A stretch of DNA of 64,000 nt from Lama guanicoe. Its lineage: Eukaryota. Under the pieces are notes generated by a model that saw nothing but the letters and a program-made list of their open reading frames with translations, searched no databases and was not told the origin of the DNA. This document shows positions 53,422 to 64,000 of this stretch, one piece after another. Within the stretch, counting starts at the first letter, position 1; each line of letters begins with the position of its first letter. Made by a program: the position numbers and the translations under genes. Location: the NCBI GenBank assembly GCA_013239625.1, contig MU054400.1, positions 3,541,032-3,605,031 on the forward strand. Reading direction: 5' to 3'.

Positions 53422-54190
53422 GTAGTCACCATTGTGCCTTTTGTGTTTTCTTTTATTCATCTGTTAAAACATCTGGTTAATGATGGCAATCAAACTTAGT
53501 ATATTAAAGTGTAATTTTCTTAAATGCATCTCAGTTATACAAGAAAGAGTTGGTTATCTCTCTTTTTATTGAAATTTTAATTGTTTAAGATCTTCATTAA
53601 AAACTTGCTCTAAATTTGAGTGTGTGCAGTTTTTTAATTAATTTTTTAGAGTATTTGAGTATGTATTCAGATACCAGGGTAATTGGTTTAGAGATTAAAT
53701 TTTATGTGTTAATATATTAAGTAAAGTTCTTGCAGTGAATTAGAAATTTACTCAATGAGAATTGATCTAGAAGTTCATTAATAGTTGCCTCAGAGTTTAA
53801 CTTTGCATATTTCATGAAGAAAGATTTGCTAAGTAAATGGATGCTGCAAAAAATTTTACAAATAGTATGTTAATTTAAGGGAAATGTGTTTTAAAGTGTT
53901 TATTTTCTTTGTAAGTGGTTTTAATTCATTTAAATATTTCATATTAATGCTTTAAACTAATTTGAACTGTGCTTTTAAAATACTTGTTGGCTTGACTTTT
54001 TTTTTATAAAGGCCTTTATTCTGTTTCAAATTAGAGAAGCTTTGATTTTCTTATTAAAGACCTGTTAAGATACATTATTTTTAAGAATACCGAGTCAATT
54101 TGGCATCTTTGGCTATTTTAAAATATTTACTGGACATAGTAACCATAAATTTTTTAAAAGCTTATATGTCATATTTCCCCTTCTTTTTAG

Positions 54191-54265
54191 GATGGCACCA
54201 TTAAAATTAAAGACCTCACCTTGCCTGAATTGATAGGAATAATGGATACATGTTTTTGCTGTTTG
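54191..54265 (+). CDS. NAA35: NAA35 coding exon: [25 protein letters not shown]
   Basis: ttctttttag| acceptor, TTG|gtaaga donor, 75 nt, phase 0/0. Confidence 0.96.
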
Positions 54266-54550
54266 GTAAGAGTTGAAATAATACTATTATTGGTTCACTT
54301 AAAAACTGTGATTTACCTGAATTTAAATTTGAAAGTATATGCAACAACATTGAATATGAAATATGTATAATGCTTGGCCTAGTAGATGTACATAAGGTTA
54401 GCAGGCCAAATTATTCTATAAGAAACAGCATTTTATCTTTTCATTTGGGTGATTTTAGGTTCTCATTTTTGGGTGAAAGGATATTTTCTTTCCAAGGAGG
54501 ATAATAATATAGCCATTATCCAGAGTGCCCTTTTAATTCTCAAGGTAAAG

Positions 54551-54604
54551 AGATTCCGTAACTAAGCATGAAATTGAAGATTCCATAACTAAGCATGAAA
54601 TTGA
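54551..54604. repeat. 27-bp tandem duplication
   Basis: AGATTCC[G/A]TAACTAAGCATGAAATTGA twice. Confidence 0.92.
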
Positions 54605-54927
54605 ACAATAGAGAACTTTGGAATGGCTTTGGAGAGGTATTTTTTTTTTCCTAATCTAGGGTAAATAGTAGTAAACTGGCCATTTTCTACTATGAAGAAA
54701 ATCTTTTAGCGATTTATATATGATGCTGGATAGGTTGTCTTCCCTAGACATTGTTGTTGAATTGTGGGAAAATTATCATTTGTACTGCCACCTCTCCTTT
54801 CTGATTGTCCCTTTCTTTTTTAAATTTGATGTTAAATTATTGTCCCTAGAAGTAATGTAAAATTTCTTCATTTGTTCGGCCAGTAAAAGATTAATTGATT
54901 GCTGGTGTGTATGAAATACTTCTGTTG

Positions 54928-54984
54928 TGTATTTTATGTGTATGTTTTTCACTTAATGTATTTTATGGGTGTGTTTTTCACTTA
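54928..54984. repeat. 29-bp tandem duplication
   Basis: TGTATTTTATGTGTATGTTTTTCACTTAA / TGTATTTTATGGGTGTGTTTTTCACTTA. Confidence 0.85.
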
Positions 54985-56167
54985 TGTCTTCAATCAGCTC
55001 TGTGAGATATCTGGTATCACTCTTAACGTATTTGCCTAGGGTTACATTGCTAGGAAGAGGCATAACCAGCATCCTGATCCTGATTTTTCTTCCTCCAAAC
55101 CTGTCTCTTTCCCTCAAATATATTGTTACTGTTCTATAGCAGTTTACAGTCCTAATGGAATAGGATAAAAGGAGGCAAGAAGGATTTTTGTCAAAGTTGA
55201 GGAACAGTTCTGTAGACTCTTGGGGCTATATCTAAGTTTGGACTTTAATTCAGATAGTTTTTAGTCTGGAAAGTCTTCTGCACACTAGTAATACAAAATA
55301 TCTATCTTAGAGAAATTTTTACATGCATTTCTCATTTTCTAATATAGCATTTGTCTTCCTTTATTGCAGAATTCTTGGGTTTAGTATAAACTGTAACTGA
55401 CTAAACTTAGAAAAATTATTTACACTCTCTTGACTCAATTTCTTTATATGTACAAGGAGAAAAATACCACCTTCCTTGAAGCATTAGGAAAAAATTAGAT
55501 AAGATATATGAAAATACCTAACATAACACTTGGATGTAATAATCACTCAATTTTGGCTGCTATCTTTCTAGCTTCTAGCACATGGTACTTGGCACACGGT
55601 AGTCACTCAGTAAAATAGTGTTGAATGATTATTTTTGTGTTTTAGAAAGATCCCTCTGATTGGGGGTACTGAGATGGAGGTCGTAGACAGGAAAACAGTT
55701 GCATAGTTTCTTGCAGTAATCTAGGTGAGATATGATGCTCTTGACTGTATTAGTAGTAGTGAGGTTAAAAAAGAATAGTGAGTGGCTAAGAACCTGTTTA
55801 AAGTTGTGAATTCTTTAATTCATGGATTTTTATTGACTGTGTTGTACAATTGATAGCTTTTGGATGCTATGTAAGGAGGCCCTCTAATTTCATTAATCTC
55901 CAAATATTTCACAAACTGAATTATATAAAAGAATATTTCCATATCTGTGTCTTTCAGATAATCATTTTTAATTTTTGAAAGAATTTAGTCAGTGATAGTG
56001 AATTCTAGCTCTTTTGTCTTTTCTGACCTTCCTTTTAGTCATCTTTGAAATCTTGTGATGAATTACATTTATTAGAGTCTGTGGTACTCTGATGTTTGAC
56101 TGTTGAATTAGACTTTTTAGACTCTGTGTATCACCTTAAACATGTACATTGTCTTATTTCTTTATAG

Positions 56168-56335
56168 ATAACATGGTTAGAAGGCCATTCCTTGGCACAG
56201 ACAGTATTTACGTGCCTTTACATTCATAATCCAGATTTTATAGAAGATCCTGCCATGAAAGCTTTTGCTCTGGGAATCTTGAAAATTTGTGACATTGCAA
56301 GGGAAAAAGTAAACAAAGCCGCTGTTTTTGAAGAG
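56168..56335 (+). CDS. NAA35: NAA35 coding exon: [56 protein letters not shown]
   Basis: tttatag| acceptor, GAG|gtaaga donor, 168 nt. Contains the Mak10 motif [16 protein letters not shown]. Cumulative CDS is 516 nt (172 aa); I did not find the next exon in the window. Confidence 0.97.
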
Positions 56336-57356
56336 GTAAGATTTTGTAATATAAGAATTCCTGAAGCTCATTGATTGCCTTATTCAGTGTGGTGTATTTA
56401 AATGATTATGTGATATATTTTTTGTCAACATGTATAGAGTGTTTTTTTTAATGATGCTGTTGCTGTTTACAAATACATTGTCTAAAATAATCCAGTTCTC
56501 TCCAAGAAAGTACTTCCATCGTATTATGTATTCTTTCCATCAGTGCCATTCATTGAATAGCCTTTGTGTACAGAGATACTTTGTTCTGGATGTTGTGGAG
56601 ATTCCTAAAGAAAGTAGAAGAGAGAGCCTCATCTCTCAACTTTCTAAAAAATTATAACATGGATGTTAGTCTCTGGATAAGAGGAAGCTAAGGAAAACAA
56701 TGTTATGAAGAACACTTTAGAGTATAAACATTTTCTTCCACTTAGTACATCACTCTCAGAAAGTGTTGTACATTTTAGACATAGAAAGAGTTTTATCTCC
56801 TATCATAAGAAAAAAAAAGATTTCAGATAACTGATATTTCAAGGAGAAATGTGATAGCATTTGAAATTACTGGTAAGTAATTACTTTTGTTTAATTCTTC
56901 GCTTTATTAAAACTGTTGTTTCTTTTTAACACGGTTGCTGATCCAAAATAATTATCTTAGGCTTCAGCAATGGTTCAGGGTAAAGATTTTCTAAATTTAT
57001 ATTATGTATATGAGAATAATTATATGTATGACTGTTGTGATTTCCACATTTGAATGTGTGGCTCGTGAGTTGTTTATGAAATACTGTGTACTTCTTATAC
57101 ATTCATTGGTTATTTAGCTACATATTTGAAATGATATGGGTGTCATGGATAATCTTACCCATTTGGATGAAATTTTTTAAAAGATAAGTTTGAGTTAGTA
57201 AGTGAGATGAGACATACAAATTATTTTAAATACATTCTCAAAGTACATCTAAAAGGCCATCAAAAGTCAGTGGGACAGAGAAAGGATTTATTTATTAAAT
57301 AGTACTGGAACAATTGGTTAGCACCCTTGAAAATTACTTCTTCATCATTTTACATC

Positions 57357-57695
57357 TGCCTTAGTCCATTTAGGCTGCCATAACAGAATGCCAAAGACGG
57401 GTTGGCTTATAAGCAACAATTTATTTCTCATGGTTTTAGAAGCTAGAAAGTCCAAGGTTAAGGCAACGGCAGATTCATTGCCTGGTGAGGGCCTGCTCCT
57501 GGTTCATCTTTGCACTGTGGCTTCATGTGGCAGAAGGAGGGACAGGGAGCTCTCTGGAGTCTTTTGTAAGGGCACTAATCCCATTTCTGAGGGTCCCCCC
57601 CACTCATGACCTGATCACCTCCTAAAGTTTCCATCTTCCAGTATTATCACATTGGAGATTACGTTTCAACGTACAAAATTTGAGAGGACACAGTC
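57357..57695 (-). mobile_element. MLT1A-type MaLR LTR, with a second LTR fragment at about 57815-57915
   Basis: TGCCTTAGTCCATTTAGGCTGCCATAACAGAATGCCA...TTTATTTCTCATGGTTTTAGAAGCTAGAAAGTCCAAG...GGCACTAATCCCATT. Confidence 0.85.
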
Positions 57696-58094
57696 TGTTT
57701 ATTGCAATTGATTGACATGTCTTAAGTCTCAGTTTATAGGTTCCACCCTCTTTTTTATTTTTTATTTTTTATTTTTTGAAGCCTTGAGACTTTTTGCTAA
57801 AGAACTCTGTGGGTTCCTCCCCAAATCTCCACCTCCAAATACTGTCACACTGGGCATTAGAACTTCACATATGAATTTGGGGGTGAGGGGAGCACAAGCA
57901 TTCAGTTTATAACGATATCAAAGTAAATTGTAGCTGGATAAAATACTTTGAGTGTAAAAAGTTATTAAAAATCAGAAGATAGTTTACAGAAATTAAAATG
58001 GCCTTTAATCATAAGGTGCTTAACCTCACTTTAGAAATGCAGATTAAAGCTGTCAGATACTGCTTTTTTACCTGTAACTGGCAATAATTAGAAA

Positions 58095-58960
58095 TTTTTT
58101 TTAAGTTTATTTGGAAATAATTTTAAAATAACAGCAGTTACAGTAATAGAAGAAAGAATACCCACATTCAGCTGCTCTTAACCTGTTATTTTTTTCTGTT
58201 TTCTGAACTATTGGAGAGTAAGTTGTATATATCATGAGCTTTTTCCCTGAAACACCTCAGTATCTCATGAGAAAAAGGGCACTCTCATACACAGCTGCAG
58301 CACAGTTACCAACCTCAGTAGATCTGTAATGCCAGTCTCCTGTCTGTATTCCATTTGTGTCAGTTGACTTAGTAATGTCTTTCTTAGCGTTTCCCATATA
58401 GTACGGGATCCAGTCTAGGATCATGTCCTGCATTTAGTTGCACATCTCTTTAATGTCCTTTAATCTAAAACAATTCCTCAGTCTTTTGTTTCTAATGACA
58501 TTGGTATTTTTGGAAAACATGCTTCTCTTCTGTTTCCCTTTCTTAATAGAAAGTTCTTCACTTTGGGTTTGTCTGCTCTTGCTCATGATAAGATTTAGAC
58601 TATGTAGTCGTGTCTGGAATATGACATGAGTGATGTTGTGTCCTTCTTAAGGTATCACATCTGAGGCATACAGTGCCCATCTGCCCCTCAGTGGCGGTGT
58701 GATTTTATCATATCATCAAGGAGTTAGTTCTTATTACTGTATGGTTACTGTTTTTTCCCTTGCATACATAATAAGCAATCTGTGGGGAAATGCTTTAAGA
58801 TCATATAAATATCCTGCTCATTAAAATCTCTCCCAGTATATTTAGTATCCATTGATGGTACTTGCTTGGACTAAGCTTTACTGTGTTGTCTGCAAAATGA
58901 CCTGAACTCTAGCATTCCCTCCACATTTATTAGTACAGGATTCAACTATAAGCAAGATTG
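58095..58960 (-). mobile_element. Old L1 3' UTR (L1MC/ME-like)
   Basis: GGATCCAGTCTAGGATCATGTCCTGCATTTAGTTGCACATCTCTTTA...ATGATAAGATTTAGACTATG motifs. Confidence 0.6.
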
Positions 58961-61435
58961 ATACATTTTTTATGGGAGTGTAAATTCATACAACTTTTTA
59001 AAAGAGCAATTTGGTAATATCTGTACTTTAAAATGCACGTCTTGTTTGAGCAGTTTCACTTTTAGGAATTTAGCCTACAAATATATTTGGGTATAAATGC
59101 TTATACCCAAAGATCTATGTACAAGGATGTTAATTGTAGTATTGTTTGTAGTTAGGGCAGTAAAATCAATAGCTTATTCATGGAGAAACGTGACATTTTT
59201 AAAATTTAGTCTCAGTATAATCTAAGAAAAACAAAATAATAATTCATTTTTCATCTAGAAAAGTTTTTAAAATGAGAACATTTAGTGTTGGGAAGGATAC
59301 GGTAACTTGGCACTTTGGTTTCTTACTGGGGGAGTATGCATTAACACAGCTGTTTTGACAACTGGTTCAGCAATGTGTGTACCCAGTCTCAGACATGCTG
59401 ATGCCATTTGAACTGGTTAGTTCACCTCTAGAATTTAGCCTTAAAGAAATTGTTAGAAGTGTGGACATTTTGTGCCCAAATACATTAATTGGTTTTTAAT
59501 AGTGAAAATTGGCATCAGTCAAAATGCCACCATTAGGGTTATGGCTGGAAATAAATTATGGTTAATTTATTACATGTAGTAACTATATAGTGATGACAAA
59601 GTATTTAATATGGAAAAATGCATACTCTAAAAGGTAAAGGAGGCCACGTACAATGTAACCAATTATGTAAAAGATAAAGAAAACTGGAAGAAAATAGAAA
59701 CAGAAGTTAGCTCCTGAGCTGGAAAGATGATATTTTTCCTGTTTTGCTAAACTTTTCAGATTTTCCAGATAAGTTTGTCTTAGTTTTATAATTAAAAAAA
59801 AATTACTGGTCTAGTAAAATCCTTAAGTGGCCTGATAATGAATAAATAAGAATGACTTGTAATAAACAGATAATTTTTTTTGTCTGTTATGGATGTCTCT
59901 GAGTTCCTAAGTGCTGGTGTATTATGCCTCTGCTTTGTTTTCACTCCTGAACTGGAGACATTTTCAGTTGCCCAAAGATGTTTTTTCCCTCAATATCTTG
60001 CTCACATGTGCAAATGGGAACCACAGTTCCCCCATCAAACCACTTTCCGTCTTGGATTCTGTGTCTTGCAAAATGGTGTCTTTAGTGTTACCGTTGATCA
60101 CTTCTTTTTTTAACCCCCTGCATCCAGATTCTTTTATTTTTATCTTGCAAGTGTCTTGAGTCTGGTCACTGTTTTTTCTTCCCTGTCTTTGTTCCTGCTT
60201 TGGTTCATGCCTTTGTCAGCTTTAGGTTAGGCTCCTGTGAAAGTTTCTCAACTCTTCTTCCTGGCCCACTCCTTTGCCTCTAGTCCGTTCTCCACTTGAC
60301 CACCAGTTATTTTCTTAAAAAGGTCATCTGGTCATGTTCAGTTTTGCTATTTGAAAATTTTCACTAGGGTATGTATTTTAATGAAAGTAGTGATATTTTT
60401 ACATAGTATGCAAAATCAAATAGCCCACAAGACATAATGAAAAATTATAGTGCTCTGCTCTTTCCTTATCCATTCCATAGTAATATTCAATCCTTTTAGT
60501 TTTTTTCCTAGCATTTTTTGGTATATTTCTGTATAGTAGGCTTACAGTCTCTGGATTTAAGGACTTATCAATCTTTGACTATAGTATAGTTTAGCAGAAC
60601 GTTTTTAGCATATATTTAGCATTCATACAGTATCTCCTTCCTTATTCCAATAGTAATTCAGTTTTAATTAAATCATTCAGTGCTGACATGATTGTGATTG
60701 TATAAATATTAATGACAGATGAGCCAAAGTAGTGTATACTTTTTTTTCTCAGACAGATTTTTGTTTCTTGGAGGTGATAACTGCCTCTCCTTCTTGGTTA
60801 GCTTAGTTTTCTGTGTACTTCTTAATTCTTCTTTTCCCACTATTATGGGAGACAACACATCAGGTAATCCATATATTTCATCATATATGTGTACGTCTAT
60901 ATAAACATCAGGTAGTTAATAATTTTTTTTGAAATGTTCTTCTTGAACGTCTTTGTTCTCTAGCTTCAGGCTGGGTCACTTGCTTCCTAGGCCCACTGCA
61001 CAGCTGTCATCCCAGGTTTTTCTGCACCATTCTCCTGGGAGTTCCATTTTCCTCTCTTTGTTAGAGTTCTAGTTACCTGGGTCTTGGGACTTATTGCTCT
61101 TAGTTTATTACTTTGCTTGTGCAGCATCTCCAGTTCTTTAGGGAGACAGAATTTTTTGAGACCTTTCATGTCTGAAAATATCTTCCCTGTTCTCACACCT
61201 GATTGATGGTTTGGCTGTAATAGATTTCTAGGTTGGAAAATAATTTTCCTCAGAATTTTAAAGGCATTGTTCCACTGATTTGTAATTCCTGTGTTGCCAT
61301 CCTGATTCTTTATATGTGATTTATGTTTCCTCTTTCAAATTATGTAGAATTTCTCTTTTTAATGGCCATACCTTAGACTTAGTCTTTATAACTCCAAATT
61401 CAAATGATCTTTGAAGTTTGAAGCATCCCATTCTT

Positions 61436-62381
61436 TTTTTTTAACATTTTTTTATTGATTTAGAATCATTTTACAATGTTGTGTCAAATTCCAGTGTAGA
61501 GCACAATTTTTCAGTTATACACGAACATATATATATTCATTGTCACATTTTTTTTCTCTGTGAGCTACCATAAGATCTTGTGTATATTTCCCTGTGCTAT
61601 ACAGTATAATCTTGTTTATCTATTCTACATTTTGGAATCCCCCTGCCCTCTTGGCAACCACAAGTTTGTATTCTGTGTCTATGAGTCTGTTTCTGTTTTC
61701 TATTTATGCTTTGTTTGTTTTTTAGATTTCATATATGAGCGATCTCATATGGTATTTTTCTTTCTCTTTCTGGCGTACTTCACTTAGAATGACATTCTCC
61801 AGGAACATCCATGTTGCTGCAAATGGCGTTATGTTGTCGGTTTTATGGCTGAGTAGTATTCCATTGTATAAATATACCACATCTTCTTTATCCAGTCACC
61901 TGTTGATGGACATTTAGGCTGTTTCCATGTCTTGGCTATTGTAAATAGTGCTGCTATGAACATTGGGGTGCAGGTGTCATTTTGAAGTAGGGTTCCTTCT
62001 GGATATGTGTCCAGGAGCGGGATTCCTGGGTCATATGGTAAGTCTATTCCTAGTCTTTTGAGGAATCTCCATACTGTTTTCCACAGTGGCTGCACCAAAC
62101 TGCATTCCCACCAGCAGTGTAGGAGGGTTCCCAAGATCAAGCCTTTGTCGGTTTCATTTGCAAAAATTTTCTCCCATTCTGTAGGTTGTCTTTTTGTTTT
62201 GCTTATGGTTTCCTTTGCTGTGCAGAAGCTTGGAAGTTTCATTAGGTCCCATTTGTTTATTCTTGCTTTTATTTCTATTGTTTGAGTAGGCTGTTCTAGG
62301 AGAACATTTTTGAGATGTATGTGAGATGTTTTGCCTATATTTTGTTCTAGGAGGTTTATTGTACCTTGTCTTATGTTTAAG
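61436..62381 (-). mobile_element. Young 5'-truncated L1 with internal deletion, antisense in NAA35 intron
   Basis: 188-aa ORF2 C-terminal ORF (61829-62395), A-tail, and perfect 18-bp TSD TTGAAGCATCCCATTCTT at 61418-61435 and 62382-62399. Confidence 0.95.
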
Positions 62382-62419
62382 TTGAAGCATCCCATTCTTA
62401 AATCACCTCCTCTGTTTGG

Positions 62420-63430
62420 TTAAATCTAACCCTTTGCCTATTCTGCCCTTATACCTGCACATCTCGGTGTGACTGGAAAAAAGCACATTCCCACTGATGC
62501 GTCCTACTTCCAGTTCATCACCACTGTCTGCAGGTGGGCCCTGAGTGTGCCCTAGCAATCTTTACATTTCCCTAGTGCATTGGCTCCACTCTCCTCAGAC
62601 TTCCAACACCATCCTCACTTGAAGCAAATGACCTACCTTCCAATTGCACTGAATAAATAGAAGCAATCTTTCCACCTACCTGCATATGTGGCCTCTATCC
62701 TGCTGCCCTTCTGTTATGTAGAAAAACCTCCTGTCCTCCTTTCTAAGAGGGATCCCTTCTACTTGTGCATTAGACCCCATATTCTGTCTTAAATACAAAG
62801 ATACTGCTTCAGCAAGGCTTGCCTGTGTCCTTTGCATAATGAATTTGCTGCTCTACTGGATCATTCCCATCAGCATGCAAACATGCTTTACTTATGTGCC
62901 TCTGTCTTAAAAATACCACTTCATGACATAACTGGTCCTTCAGCTTCTGCCTCATATCTCAGTTCTTTTCAGCCAGTCTCCTTCACAGGCATCCATACCC
63001 ACTGTCTCTGGTTCTTCCCTCTTTTCTCTGTTGAATCGACTCCAGTCAGGCTTTGAACCCATGTTTCACCAAAATGTTGGCATTATGGTCTTCAGAGACC
63101 TCAGTGTTGCTAAATCCCGTAGTTAATGTTTGGTCTTAAACTTGACCTATCAGAAGATTTTTTTCCTAATTGAAATATAGTCGATATACAATGTTGTGTT
63201 TATTTCTGGTGGACAGCACAGTGATTCAGTTACATGTGTATATGTATTCCTTTCCATATTCTTTCTCAGTATAGGCCATTACAAGGCATTGAATATAGTG
63301 TCCTGTGCTATACAGTAGAGCCTTGTTGTTTATCTGTTTTATATTCAGGTTATGACATAGTTGATCATTATATTTGAAACATTATTTTCTTGGCTTTTAA
63401 TATGTCCTTTATCCCTGGTTTCACACCTCA
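62420..63430 (+). mobile_element. L2 ORF2 remnant interrupted by a short minus-strand L1 3' end (about 63158-63345)
   Basis: CTCCAGTCAGGCTTTGAACCC...GTTGCTAAATCC...TTGACCTATCAG continues after the L1 piece as TGACATAGTTGATCA...CTTGGCTTT. The L1 piece is TAATTGAAATATAGTCGATATACAATGTTGTG...TGTGCTATACAGTAG. Confidence 0.7.
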
Positions 63431-64000
63431 CTGGTTGTTCTTGTTTATCATCTCATTCCCAAACCAGCACCATCCAATAGGAATATAATTTTAAATGTTC
63501 TAGTAACCGTGGGCACATTAAACCATTAAAATTCATTTTAATGACATTTTATTTATTTAGCACAATATATCTAAAGTAGTATTTTAATGTAAAATCAGTT
63601 TAAAAATATTAATGACCCTGGCTGCATGGGACTTGGGTAGAATGGAAATGAGGAGCTCACTAACCCATTGTATTAGCACAGTCTGTTTTTTGTGTAATAT
63701 TACTACCCACTTATGTGTAAAGCTGGGCAAGAGGCTAGTTGTAGGGTATTCTCTGCTTACCTCTGGACCTTAGAAGTGAGGGAAGAGACAAAACACTTTA
63801 CAAAACTGGAAGTGCATGTGGCTTATAAAATTATGGGAAAAGAGTTTTTAAAACAACTCACCAGTAGTCCAGAAATGTGTGTTAAAACCAGATAACTTTT
63901 TTTTGGCCTGTGAGATTAACAAATAGAAATTTCGGACAATTTGTGACTGCAATAAAATGGACACTTCTGTCCACTGTTGGAGATACCATAAATTGGTCCA

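Noticed and set aside
53233..53499. ORF-track starts and ends around NAA35 exons (53233-53499, 56192-56374)
   Set aside because: These ORFs read into introns. The true boundaries are the splice sites listed.
61829..62395. Longest ORF in the window (188 aa) as a host gene
   Set aside because: It is a truncated L1 ORF2 C-terminus with no promoter or native start.
1..64000. CRISPR array, operon or other prokaryotic/viral system
   Set aside because: No repeat-spacer arrays or dense ORF organisation. The sequence is intron-rich mammalian DNA and the tandem repeats are two-copy only.

Overview
Mammalian genomic DNA, probably camelid (vic-1-type tRNA-derived SINEs, cetartiodactyl-type young L1 3' ends). 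The right part holds the 5' half of NAA35 (MAK10, NatC auxiliary subunit) on the + strand: a CpG-island promoter at about 39.1-40.1 kb, a probable non-coding exon 1, and five coding exons (40433-40556, 50254-50287, 53307-53421, 54191-54265, 56168-56335). These splice GT-AG in consistent phase into 172 uninterrupted codons, and the gene continues beyond the window. The left 39 kb is intergenic and repeat-rich (L1, L2, CR1/L3, MIR, ERV/MaLR LTRs, hAT elements, microsatellites). Almost all ORFs in the supplied track are repeat-derived or chance. I found no convincing new multi-gene system. The most notable unlisted items are: an RPL10 3'-end retrocopy sitting where about 1.2 kb of a host L1 is missing; a young TSD-flanked L1 with an in-frame internal ORF2 deletion; a symmetric promoter with a strong antisense splice donor (candidate divergent transcript); competing exon-1 donors; and, speculatively, decayed exon-like unique segments on the minus strand at 0.3-10.8 kb. 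Repeat family names are by eye, not from a database search.
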